Assembly: GCA_047495785.1 (NCBI GenBank)
Contig: JBLDXI010000015.1
Span: 620,001-684,000 of the forward strand
Direction of reading: 5' to 3'
From: Lepidodermella squamata
Taxonomy: Eukaryota; Animalia; Gastrotricha
Length of the DNA stretch: 64,000 nt
Positions 13,331 through 25,020 of the stretch are shown in pieces. The position numbers and the translations under genes were made by a program. Under the pieces are notes generated by a model. That model was not told the origin of the DNA. It was given only the letters and a program-made list of their open reading frames with translations, and made no database searches. Position 1 is the first letter of the stretch. Each line of letters starts with the position of its first letter.

Positions 13331-14119
13331 TTCCTTTGGCCGCTATTCTCTATTCCGAAAAGATTTTACTCCACTATCAGGCGTAAATATTCGCTGATTT
13401 GACTTTCTGTCGTGCACTTTGTCACAGTCTATAACTAGCTCACACGCAGTCTTGTCCGGGTTTTTTCTGTATCAGTAAGCAAATAGGCGACTGCATATGG
13501 CATGAATGATAGTATACCTAGCATTGAATCATACGCTTATCTGCAAACACCAGTCCGGAGTTTCCGCCCACCCACACACTATGCAAGCTATATAAAACAG
13601 ACGACAGGGAAAGTGCATTGCACTTATTATTTTGTCTCAAAGCCTCTCCTTACTCAATAATGCTAAGGTTGGTCTCGATTTTTCTACTCGCAATTTCGCA
13701 TGTGCACATAGCCAGCGCTCAATGGATCAACGCTGGAGGCGACCATGCGCATACAGGCTTCAAAAATGAAAGCATCGGCTCATCACCATCGAATTTTAAA
13801 AGTCCAAAAAAGTGGGAGACTGAACTTCAGGGATTGGATTTCGTGAACCCAACCCAGTTGCTGGTTTACGACAACAACGTCTTCGCGCTCAATGACAACG
13901 GAATGCTGTTTATCCTAGACGCTTCCGCTGGCACATTGCTGAAGAGCATCCAGTTGCCAAATTTGGACAAAGGCACTACCAATACCAATAGGCTGTTCCT
14001 ACAGAGCTTGATATCAAAATTCGACGACACCTATTACATGTACATCCGGTGCGATGCGAAAGTCGATGAATTCACGATTACTAACACGTATCGATTCGAT
14101 ATTTCGGCGCAGAAAGTCG
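13288..14119 (+). repeat. Duplicated segment (matches 16842-17673)
   Basis: Appears identical at offset 3554; AAA microhomology at the junction 16842-16844. Confidence 0.9.
13589..13596 (+). promoter_or_regulatory. TATA box of propeller copy 2 (equivalents at 17143-17150 and 20424-20430)
   Basis: TATATAA(A) about 65-70 bp upstream of the ATG, positionally conserved in diverged copy 4. Confidence 0.55.
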
Positions 14120-15009
14120 TCGATTTTTGGCGAGCAAACCACTCCAGCCCAATTGAAAGCTCTTTCGTCAGCTCAGCTAGTGATTTTTGGTATTCGATCT
14201 CGCCTTCGCAGCTTAGTTCAGTCGCATATTTTTACACCAACATCGCGGGAGCTCCTTATATACAAGTTGCTTTGACAGGATTCGAAATTTTCGCATCTTC
14301 AGTCAGCACGGACAATCGGTTATTTGTAAGTCACGCCTTTTCCCTAACTGAATTGAACCCACAAACTGGAGAGATTGTCCAAACCCTGCAATTCCAAGAC
14401 ACGAAAGAGCAAGGAGCGACAGCTCTGCCCTTTACACCAGTTGTGTCGAACAACCTAGCCGTAGTCCTGAGCGCGACGTGCCCTGCTGTGGGCTGTTCAA
14501 TTAACATGCATGGAATCGACTTATCAACTCCTGGTAAAATGGCTCAAAAATGGCGGACAAATGACGTTTTTACGGACCCAAAAGACTGTGACAGCATCGC
14601 AACGGATGGCAAATCGATTTTCCTTACTGACCGGTCGAAATTTGCCCTGGTTGAGTTGAACTTTGCGACTGGTGCCATAGTTAACACCCATGTCTGCGGA
14701 AAGATCGGTAGCAAAATAAGTTTGCAGCCTCGAACGATCGTTTTGGCGGATTACGTAATTTCCGAGGCTTGCAACGCCGTCTCGGTGTTTGACCGATCGC
14801 AGAAGAAGTTTGTTGCCCAGAATCTAGGATCCGGCGATGGGCTTACTTACTACAAAAAGAAGGTTTTCTTCCGGATGACAGAATCGACTAAGAACGCGAG
14901 GATTCTAAGCTACGAACTTGATGCCTCGCAACCTGCTAAAGGTTCTTCGCTAAGCTTGAGTGTGATGCTGATTTTCGCTTCCATTTTCGCTACAAATCTT
15001 ATTCAGTGA
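13660..15009 (+). CDS. Beta-propeller protein, copy 2 (chimera: copy-3 promoter and signal peptide, copy-1 body)
   Basis: 5' part matches copy 3; mature sequence and 3' flank match copy 1. Confidence 0.85.
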   Translation: MLRLVSIFLLAISHVHIASAQWINAGGDHAHTGFKNESIGSSPSNFKSPKKWETELQGLDFVNPTQLLVYDNNVFALNDNGMLFILDASAGTLLKSIQLPNLDKGTTNTNRLFLQSLISKFDDTYYMYIRCDAKVDEFTITNTYRFDISAQKVVDFWRANHSSPIESSFVSSASDFWYSISPSQLSSVAYFYTNIAGAPYIQVALTGFEIFASSVSTDNRLFVSHAFSLTELNPQTGEIVQTLQFQDTKEQGATALPFTPVVSNNLAVVLSATCPAVGCSINMHGIDLSTPGKMAQKWRTNDVFTDPKDCDSIATDGKSIFLTDRSKFALVELNFATGAIVNTHVCGKIGSKISLQPRTIVLADYVISEACNAVSVFDRSQKKFVAQNLGSGDGLTYYKKKVFFRMTESTKNARILSYELDASQPAKGSSLSLSVMLIFASIFATNLIQ

Positions 15010-16844
15010 ACAAAAAAATAAACTATGAGATGCTAATAGGCTAGTTTAAAGCGATCGAGTGGCGAGGTTCAATCTTTGACAATTTCAAGGTTGAGTTCAG
15101 CGAATCAATTCAGCGGATTTCTTTTCTTAAAGTTTGGCCCCTCCTTTATTAAAATGAGCTGATGCTTTCCCGTCCGAACACTACTTTTGTTCATTCCAAT
15201 CACAGTCGCCGCGAACTTCTGATCTCGTCATTAATCTCAGCACCAAATAACTCAGCGGCATTTCATATTAATGTTATCAACAACTGAGGGGAATATTGAC
15301 GATTCAAACCTAGCTTCAAATGAAATGCGAAATAATTTTAAAATTAACAATTAACAATTTTTTTTAGCTATTGATTGATTGCTTGTTAACATTAATTTTT
15401 GTGGCAACCTAACCCGAAATTGAAATTGAAAAAATCCCAGGTGAAATTTAAATAAGCGTGCGAGCGATACGAGGAGCGAGGACAATTTTCTAATTTGACA
15501 CTAAGAAACGACGTATTACTAAGAAAAAGATAACCGTCCTGGGGTTATATTTCGGATCTCGCGCCTCGATTTGCAAGCCGGCAGTGGACGCATTGCGCAA
15601 TTTAGGAATCGGCAAACCGACCATCCATCGAATCCTTTCGGAAATAGCCTATCGCAGCAGCAAGATGATCAATTCTTTCCTCTACGAACCCGTTAAATGA
15701 AATAATCCTTAACCTTAAAACACACATCCAAAGAAATTCTAGTTACTCCAGTGTCGTTATGGCAACTGTTATTTATAAATAACAGCGGGCTTTTATTGTT
15801 TATAACAATAAAATATATATACTTATTACGTATTACGTATTACTTCTTAAAAATGAGAAAGGCCTCGGGTTATTCCCAGAAATTCCCCAGAAATTTTTCC
15901 CACAGGGTGACTTTGATCTCTTGAAAAACCCGGCCTACTGCCTACTATAGACAGTAGTTGAATGTCTTTGAAGGTTGCTAATAATTCTTGCACCAACATT
16001 TGTGTTCAATTAGTTCTTCTTTTAGTACTTATTTTGCCACACAAGAGAAAAGAGGGAAGTGTAATTTGTTGTCTGAAATGAGTTTTTGTGCCCCAAACGA
16101 ACTCATCATATCTAAAATGCTTGCTCATGAACACGAGTGCATCACAAGCTAGGCTCACTGCCGCCCGCCACCGGCTACCTTCAATGAGCAAAGCCTCGCC
16201 GGGCTTCCGAGCACTGGGAGGTAGATTGAACTTATTGCTAAGCAACAGGCTTAACTGTGAAAGGACTGCCCATCTCTCCATTTATTTTATTTTCAACAAT
16301 CTCAATAATGCAGCTTACTAGCGTAATCTTAATAGTGTTAGTATTTGCTCATCAATGTAAAGCCTGCAAGCCATCGGCTTCCAATTCTTTAAGTATAATC
16401 CAGTCTCAGCTAGCAGGGGTTGAACTCAACAGTGGTCATGCTTACCGAGCACAACGTTCGGATCAAGAAAAGAGCTTTCAGGGCAAATGCGGCAAAAATA
16501 TGTTAATTTTTAACTCGACCAACGTGTTTTCGGCTGGAGTTATCGGCGGAGCCCCGGCTCCACTTCACAAGTGGGCATGCTTATTTCCCCAATGAATAAG
16601 TCATCATTTTGAGAATCCTAGGTACCCCTGGCTTGCTCGCCTACAAATAACAACCAGTTTCGAATCAGATAATAGACGAGCATTCACACCAGCCCCGACA
16701 ATCTCTTACATAGGCGCTGTTATCATTGACAATCGCTACCTTCTCACGTCTGCCGTAGCAATCCTGTAAATCTGATTTTGGCTGATTAGCAACGATGAGC
16801 ATCGATCCTTTTTACAGGAAACTTGGAATTGAACCTGGCACAAA
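13713..16844 (+). repeat. Segmental duplication, recipient copy of 3572-6703
   Basis: Appears identical; ends inside protease exon 3. Confidence 0.95.
16308..16844 (+). pseudogene. 3'-truncated duplicate of protease copy 2 (exons 1-2 and start of exon 3)
   Basis: Matches 6167-6703, then switches to the sequence starting at 13288. Confidence 0.9.
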
Positions 16845-17213
16845 TTTAGTAGCCCCGGCTGCTATTAAAACAAATACGACGGTATTCCTTTGGCCGCTAT
16901 TCTCTATTCCGAAAAGATTTTACTCCACTATCAGGCGTAAATATTCGCTGATTTGACTTTCTGTCGTGCACTTTGTCACAGTCTATAACTAGCTCACACG
17001 CAGTCTTGTCCGGGTTTTTTCTGTATCAGTAAGCAAATAGGCGACTGCATATGGCATGAATGATAGTATACCTAGCATTGAATCATACGCTTATCTGCAA
17101 ACACCAGTCCGGAGTTTCCGCCCACCCACACACTATGCAAGCTATATAAAACAGACGACAGGGAAAGTGCATTGCACTTATTATTTTGTCTCAAAGCCTC
17201 TCCTTACTCAATA

Positions 17214-18569
17214 ATGCTAAGGTTGGTCTCGATTTTTCTACTCGCAATTTCGCATGTGCACATAGCCAGCGCTCAATGGATCAACGCTGGAGGCGACCAT
17301 GCGCATACAGGCTTCAAAAATGAAAGCATCGGCTCATCACCATCGAATTTTAAAAGTCCAAAAAAGTGGGAGACTGAACTTCAGGGATTGGATTTCGTGA
17401 ACCCAACCCAGTTGCTGGTTTACGACAACAACGTCTTCGCGCTCAATGACAACGGAATGCTGTTTATCCTAGACGCTTCCGCTGGCACATTGCTGAAGAG
17501 CATCCAGTTGCCAAATTTGGACAAAGGCACTACCAATACCAATAGGCTGTTCCTACAGAGCTTGATATCAAAATTCGACGACACCTATTACATGTACATC
17601 CGGTGCGATGCGAAAGTCGATGAATTCACGATTACTAACACGTATCGATTCGATATTTCGGCGCAGAAAGTCGACGATTTTTGGCGAGCGAACCACTCCA
17701 GCGAACTCCAAACCTCTTTCGTCAGCTCGGCTAGTGATTTTTGGTATTCGATTTCGCCCTCACAGCCTAATTCAGTCGCTTATTTTTTCACAAACATTGC
17801 GGGAGCTCCTTATATCAGTGTCCCAGTTGCTTTGGCTGGATTTGAAATTGACGCATCTTCAGTCAGCACGGACAATCGACTGTTTGTAAGCCACGCCTAT
17901 TCCCTAACTGAATTGAACCCGAATACTGGAGAGATTGTCCAAGCCTTTCAATTCCAAAACATGAAAGAGCAAGGAGCGACATCTCTGCCCTTCACGCCAG
18001 TTTTGTCGAACAACTTAGCCGTAGTCCTAAGCATGACTTGCACTACTGTGAGCTGTTCAATTAACATGCATGGAATCGACTTATCAACTCCTGGTAAAAT
18101 GGCTCAAAAATGGCGGACAAATGACGTTTTTACGGACCCAAAAGACTGTGACAGCATCGCAACGGATGGCAAGTCAATTTTTGTAACTGATCGAACGAAG
18201 TTTGCCTTGGTTGAGTTGGACTTTGCGACGGGTGCCATAGTTACCACCCATGTTTGCGGGAAGATCGGTAGCAAAATGAGTTTGCAGCCGCGAACGATCG
18301 TTTTGGCGGATTACGTGATTTCCGAGGCTTGCAATGCCGTCTCGGTGTTTGACCGATCGCAGAAGAAGTTTGTTGCCCAGAATCTTGGGTCTGGTGATGG
18401 GCTTACTTACTACAAAAAGAAGGTTTACTTCCGGGTAACAGAATCGACTAAGAACGCGAGGATTGTAAGCTACGAACTTGATGCCTCGCAGCCTGCTGCT
18501 AAAGGTTCTTCGCTAAGCTTGAGTGTGATTCTGATTTTCGCATCCATTTTCGCTGCAAATCTTATTTAA
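17214..18569 (+). CDS. Beta-propeller protein, copy 3
   Basis: Intact intronless ORF with signal peptide and hydrophobic tail; diverges from copy 1 after 17673. Confidence 0.85.
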   Translation: MLRLVSIFLLAISHVHIASAQWINAGGDHAHTGFKNESIGSSPSNFKSPKKWETELQGLDFVNPTQLLVYDNNVFALNDNGMLFILDASAGTLLKSIQLPNLDKGTTNTNRLFLQSLISKFDDTYYMYIRCDAKVDEFTITNTYRFDISAQKVDDFWRANHSSELQTSFVSSASDFWYSISPSQPNSVAYFFTNIAGAPYISVPVALAGFEIDASSVSTDNRLFVSHAYSLTELNPNTGEIVQAFQFQNMKEQGATSLPFTPVLSNNLAVVLSMTCTTVSCSINMHGIDLSTPGKMAQKWRTNDVFTDPKDCDSIATDGKSIFVTDRTKFALVELDFATGAIVTTHVCGKIGSKMSLQPRTIVLADYVISEACNAVSVFDRSQKKFVAQNLGSGDGLTYYKKKVYFRVTESTKNARIVSYELDASQPAAKGSSLSLSVILIFASIFAANLI

Positions 18570-18679
18570 ATAAACTAAACAAATGCCAGTTTATTTAAGC
18601 TGCAATCAAATTCATTATCAAGTTCAGCGAATAAATTAAGCCGATTTCTTTATACCTTTGGCTTTCCAATAATGATTTA

Positions 18680-19090
18680 CAGTCGCTCGCATTCCACATC
18701 ACAGCTATATTTGTATTTCTTCTAATAAGACTCCGACACTCCTCTTCGCTTGTGAAAGTTGGAATGCAACCGCAGCTCACCAACTGAGGCTGGATGTTGT
18801 GCAGATGAGGTGGCTTAGGGCTAGAGCAAACGTCACAGTTATGGATAAAATCAGAAATGAGAAATGAAGACATAAGAAAAATCTGTGAAGGTATAGAACC
18901 TATCTCAGCTCAGAACATATCCGACTTCCTTTCTTAGGGAACATTCTTAGAATGAATGACGATAACCTAGTCAAGCAAACATACTTATGGACCCCACCGA
19001 AGGGCTGGTAGTGGAAGTTAGGCAGGACCAGAGTAGGATGGGATTTGGGCCTCAAAATGCCCCACCAGTTTGAGGATCCTACTTAACGCA
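18680..19090 (+). mobile_element. Decayed RTE-clade LINE 3' fragment
   Basis: Frameshifted translation ACESWNATAAHQLRLDVVQMRWLRA..VTVMDKIRNE..LGNILRMNDD, homologous to the 25094-25585 ORF. Confidence 0.7.
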
Positions 19091-19420
19091 CTGAGATGAA
19101 CGATCTATTGGAAATCACCGTCTAGGCGGCTTCTCGTGTCGATAAGAACCAGCCCAACACGCCAAAATTCCGGTCAAAGTGGTCATTAAGCCCAATGGAA
19201 GGCCGTCCAAGATAATGCTGTTCGTGTATCATGAAAGTGCAACGCCTCTCGGATCCCGAACATCTACGGAAACAAGGCTAATAGCTCTCTGCGATAAAAG
19301 CCTCTTCAACAGACCTCTTAAATTCGAAGTATGCCTCGATTGCTGAGGAACTTATCAATTACAAAGCTCATTAGAATATTCCAAGTTCTGTTCCGATTGT
19401 CACACAACGTCATTTTTTCG

Positions 19421-19497
19421 GGCTCATACTTACGTCTAATTAATTGCGTCTGCATAGCCGCTATGCAGACGCAATTAATTAGACGTAAGTATGAGCC
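19421..19497. repeat. Perfect 38-bp inverted repeat with 1-nt spacer (hairpin or collapsed MITE)
   Basis: GGCTCATACTTACGTCTAATTAATTGCGTCTGCATAGC-C-GCTATGCAGACGCAATTAATTAGACGTAAGTATGAGCC. Confidence 0.9.
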
Positions 19498-20487
19498 ATC
19501 GGGGCGTTTTCAACTTACATGGGTGGCCTAGCGCCTAGCGTCTGCAGATTCATTTAATGATACCAGGTACATTTTGTGGTCCCTTATGGATAATTTTCTA
19601 AAATTAGCCAAAAATTGTTATATTTGGTGCTATTGGGCAAAATTGCCACTCTTCTGCCACAGTTGGCTCGTCCGGTGATTTTTTAAAAAATTTGAAAAAA
19701 TTAGTTTATCCCCGTTGATAAATTTCTTTATCCGACGATATAACATTTGTAGGGTAAAATATTTTATTTCGATTTTCCGATTTTTTCCTAGCTCGAAAAG
19801 TATTATTTGCTAGAATATTTCTGAAAATAGCAGCGCTGTGAGAGAATTCTAAGTCAAATATGCACTGCCTTTCATGCAGGGTGCGATATTGGATCGCGGA
19901 GCTGTCAGTGATGGAACTTTTCTTTTTGCTGTTTTTGTCAAAACTGAAAATCGAGCGAACAGAGAAAATTGTGAAGATTTTCCACTACCTCTAAACCTCT
20001 AACAACCTCTAAAACCTTTTAAAATGAGCAAAACAGTGGGATACATTCGAAATTTATCGTCTGGCCCGGCCTAGCTAGAAGTCCACCTGTCTCCATGAAA
20101 GTCGCACACTGCTTCGGTGCTTTGTTCACCCTTGTCACAACCAACTACAAGCTTACATCTGTAACAACGAGCGAGCAGGATCCTCGAACTAGGAAATATT
20201 TCGAGCTAGTGTTTTATGACCCTGTGGTCTTTTCAGTGTTTTTTAGCTTGGCCTGCCGACCTGGGGGTACGATACCCCTCATTCCCCCCGTACTTCGCGC
20301 CTTAGCTCATAACTAGCTTAAACGCAGTCATCTTGTCCGGGTCTTGTCCGGGTATGCGAATTAAATCATGCTTATCTGCAAACACCATTTCGGAGCTTTC
20401 GCCAACCCGCACACTACCCAGGCTATATAATAGGCGGCATAAAAATTGCATCGCACTGTTTGTCCTACATTCTTATCCTGAATAATA

Positions 20488-21830
20488 ATGAGATTACTCT
20501 CATTCTTTCTACTGGTAGTTTCGTTTACAGACGCTCAATGGATCAACGCTGTATGGCGGCGACCATGCACATACAGGCTTCAAGAATGAAACCATCGGGT
20601 CTCAACCTAAAGGTAAAAAAATTTGGGAGACCGAACTGCAGAGCTTGGATTTCGTGAACCCAGCTCAGTTGCTGGTTTATGACAACAACGTCTTCGCGCT
20701 CAATGACAACGGAATGCTGTTTATCCTAGACGCTTCCGCTGGCACATTGTTGAAGAGCATCCAGTTGCCAAATTTAGACCCAGCCGATGATAACAATAGG
20801 CGTTTTCTACAGAGCTTGATATTGAAATCTAACGACGTCTATTACATGTACATTCGATGCGATGCGACAATCGGTGGATTCCTGATTACGAACACTTTTA
20901 AATTCGATATTTCAGCCCAGAAAGTGGTAGATTCTTGGCGAGGGAACGACTCCGGCGTCGTATCACGCTCTTTCGTTGGGTCAGCCAGTGATTTTTGGTA
21001 TTCGATCTCGCCCTCGCGACGTGATTCAGCCGCGTATTTTTTCACCGACATCTTGGGTGCTCCTTATATTACAGTCCAAGTTGCTCTGACAGCATTTGAT
21101 ATTTATGCTTCTTCAGTTAGCACGGACACTCGTCTATTTGTGAGTCGTGCCTATTGCCTAACAGAATTGAACACGAAAACTGGAGCGGTTGTCCAAGTCC
21201 TGCAATTCCAAGAAATGACAGAGCAGGGAGTGGCATCTCGGCGATTTACACCGGTATTGTCGAACAACATAGCCATAGTTCAAAGCATGACATGCATCAA
21301 GGAATGTTCAATAAACCTGCATGGAATCGACCTGTCAACGCCTGGGAAAATGTCGCAAAAATGGCGGACTAATGCAGGCTTAAAGCATACAGAGGACATG
21401 GACGGCATAGCAACTGATGGCAAGTCGATTTTTCTTACTGACCGAACGAAGTTTGCCCTGGTTGAGTTGAACTTTGCGACGGGTGCCATAGTTACCACCC
21501 ATGTTTGCGGGAAGATCGGTAGCAAAATGAGTTTGCAGCCGCGAACGATCGTTTTGGCGGATTACGTGATTTCCGAGGCTTGCAATGCCGTCTCGGTGTT
21601 TGACCGATCGCAGAAGAAGTTTGTTAACCAGAATCTTGGATCCGGGATCCGGTGATGGGCTTACTTACTACAAAAAGAAGGTTTTCTTCCGGATTACAAA
21701 ATTGGCAAAGAACGCGAGGATTATAAGCTACGAACTTGATGCCTCGCAGCCTGCTGCTAAAGGTTCTTCGCTAAGCTTGAGTGTGATTCTGATTTTCGCA
21801 TCCATTTTTGCTGCAAATCTTATACAGTGA
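20488..21830 (+). pseudogene. Beta-propeller protein, copy 4, with two frameshifts
   Basis: ATG 20488 (MRLLSFFLLVVSFTDAQWINA); 4-bp insertion GTAT near 20551; 7-bp tandem duplication GATCCGG near 21639-21652. Confidence 0.85.
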
Positions 21831-22724
21831 ACTTGTAAAAAATAAGCTATAAGAAGGCTAACTAGCTAGTTTGAAAGCGATGCGGCGAGGTTACAGTTAG
21901 CGGGTTCACTTATCTGAAAGGTTTGCGCATATTTCATTGGCCTGCAGCCAAACCAACTCCTGAATAAATAAAATTTAATTTTCTCATGAAGACCGTTCCT
22001 CCGATCTTTTTAGAATTTCTCAGCACAAGGTTAAAATGGCTTAGTGGCTCCTTATACAGTTGATCGGATAGTTGTCATCAATCATTGCCTAAATTAACTA
22101 CTCGGGTATTCGTGATTTGATTCCAACAGTCAGTGTTCAGTCTTCTTCCTCAGACTTTCAATTTGATGCTTGTAATCAATAATTTGGTCCGATTAAAGGA
22201 CCCTGCTATGATAAGGGTCTTCATCTGATAATGAAGTAAGATTTAGCTTGATATCGAATTTCGACATGTTTCGTCGATCGTCGAAATTTTTAGAAGTAAT
22301 TCGGTGATCGGCATTGAAATGCCATGAGCGGCTGGTGAATTAGATTCGACACTTTGATTGCAAATAAATGAAGTGGGTATGACTTTGATTCGCCTCGAAG
22401 TCCAGACTTCGTGAAAAAATGAGGAATTTTTGTTTAGTGTCGAGGCTAACGCTAGCTATCGGTTTTCTATGGAAATCGGAATATAAAGCCCCAGGCGTTA
22501 TACTTTTAAAAAGTCTGTGTTTTTGAAAAAAACAACGACTATTTATAACAAATTACACCAAAATGTCGCGCTTTGCCAGATCAAATAACAGAAGTAGGGA
22601 ATGAAGCACCTGGAGTTTAAGCGCACTCCATGCTCAATTGTTTTTTATGCCTACGTCAAAGAGTTTTTTCTTCCCACAGTGGATCAAAGTTTACGACTAA
22701 CATAACACGTATTTCTGCGGGGAA

Positions 22725-24636
22725 ATGCATTCTTCAATCTTTACCACAGGTCTTTTGGCCTTGGTTTTCACTATGTGAGCTGCAGGCCCGATTACACAAG
22801 CCGAATCCCTAACGGGCATCGAGTTCCGAATCCATGCAATCGAACTATCATATGGTCAGGCGTTGGCCATCAATACGCGAAGGGCTCAGGCGATTTGAAC
22901 GACTTTGGCATGGATTTCGCGAAATCTGGTTCGAAATGGACTAGAGAACTGTGCCAAAGAGACAGCGATGGCGATGGAGTCACAAATGGGCAGGAATTAG
23001 GTGATCCTAACTGCAATTGGGTCCCGGGTCAGCCCCATCCTAATTCCGCATCCATCACTCACCCTGGTGTTTGCGAACCGATCGACGCACCGATCTGCAA
23101 GGAAAAGGTCAAATTCTTGAGTGCTATGAATGAGGATTGCCAATTCCAGGGTAAGCCTAACGCTTGGTGCCCAGCTGTGAACGACCCGGGTGTTAAGGTT
23201 TATGAAATGCGATTCAGCAACTATTCAGTCCCTCTGGCCGAGACTGCGTACGACTGCCAGGAGTTTACTCTACCAAGTGACGATGATTACGAAATCATTG
23301 GCGTAAGCTCAGACTTTCTGAATTTCTGAGTTTATTTCCTGTATTTTCAGTTCAATGCGATCTTCGAGAATACCGAATTCGTCCATCACATTGTCGCGTA
23401 TGGCTGCGCATCTGCCGGCGAGCTGAAGAATCTCGCCGACTCAAATGGCCGCTACAAAACGCCCAGCCGTTGCAGTATGGGCTCAGCACCGTGCAGCCTT
23501 CAGTTCATCCGAGGCCTCGGCTACTTCTGCTACGGCGATGATGTTAGCGCGCCCTTTGGCAAAAGCTACTTCAGCAAAGTCCTTCTTCAGATTCACTACA
23601 CGAATCCTAAGAAAAAGACTGGCATTGATTCGTCTGGGTTGGTTCTATACTACCAGAAAATTAAGAGACCGAACAAAATCGCTGTCTTCACCCTTGGGCA
23701 AACTGTACTTCAACTGCCGCCTCAAAATCCTAGAGTCTCAGTGAAATCCGAGACTTTCAAAGACCAATGCAGCATTGCGACATTCGGTGGCACAGGGAAG
23801 AAATATTCGCTTAGAACAGCTTATTTCCACATGCATCAAACTGGAACCTACGCAAGGGCCTATCTCAACAAGAAATCGACAGGTCAACGAATTTTGATAG
23901 CCGATCTGCCGTTTTTCTACGACCACCAACCTAAAACTGAGTGGACAGCTGAAACTGCTCCGATAATCGAAGCGGGTGATGGTTTTGAGATTGAATGCAT
24001 CTTTAATACAACTGGGAGAGATACGTGGACCTTCTACGGCGAGGGAACATACGAAGAGATGTGCGTTCTATCTATGGATATCACGCCGCCTGTTGATGGT
24101 AAAAATTTTGATATTCGAGGCGTTGAGTATGGCGGAATCGATGCTTGTTCCCTGAGATCGCCCGTTTTCAATAACTGCTCGACTGCTGACTTCAGAAAGA
24201 AGTTGAACGAGACTAAGGAATTCGGGACATTCCAGTCGGAATGCTTATGCGAAACTTACCCGATTGGTGCCTGCTCGTCGAAATGTTACAATTTCTTGAA
24301 TAAGACTGGTTTCATCAACATGAGACAGTGCCTCGACTCGCCTGCTGTCTTCAGACTCGGCCTCGGAACTGAGTGGCCGGCTAGGTTCAATATCAAGGAC
24401 CATCTGTCAGCCTGTTTCAAGTTGGACAAACCCCCGCAGGAAGGAACAATGTGCACTATGAGTGAGTAGACTCTCTGAATTTTAGTATGATTTAACACAT
24501 TCTATATTTTGTTTCAGCCAAATCTTTGGCAAGTGCTGATGTTGCGAGAGCTCAGACCCAAAATTCGAATACGGCCATTTCTACGCGATTTGGCTGGATT
24601 TCCCTCATCACTGCTTTATCCATAATGTTCGCCTGA
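22725..24636 (+). CDS. Temptin-domain copper type II (DBH/MOXD-like) monooxygenase, no DOMON, GPI-like tail; 1-nt frameshift in signal peptide
   Basis: Exons 22725-23302, 23351-24461, 24518-24636. Temptin motifs IPNG..VGH..LNDFGMDF..CQRDSDGDGVTNGQELGDPNC..HPG. CuH ligands VHH..QIHY; CuM ligands HMH..EEMC. Tail WISLITALSIMFA*. One extra T in the run at 22765-22768 restores MHSSIFTTGLLALVFHYVSC. Confidence 0.85.
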
Positions 24637-25020
24637 AAGCTTGAGAAGATTAAACATGAGTCTGCAAGTATGGCAATGTTCATCGGGCAGTAAGCGCTAC
24701 CGCAAATGGCTTTCCTTTGGCGGAAATGATTATTTGACATATCATTTTTCATGCCCCTGATTCAGATTTTTGCGGCTACTAAAACTGTTGCATTCATCTG
24801 TCTTTAGGCCAATATTTTTTCTTTTCCAAATTAAAAAAATTGGCAAGCAATTCTCTCTACGTTCCATTGTTCAGTTTACGTGTTCTATTGCTATGTTTTT
24901 AAACCCGGTAAGAAGGGACCCCTTCACGCATTTTACGCATGAATGAATTGAATCAACATTTCTACGATATTCGAGGGCTTTGTTAAGATTTTAATGCTTT
25001 TCTCGAACCATCTCGGTTTG

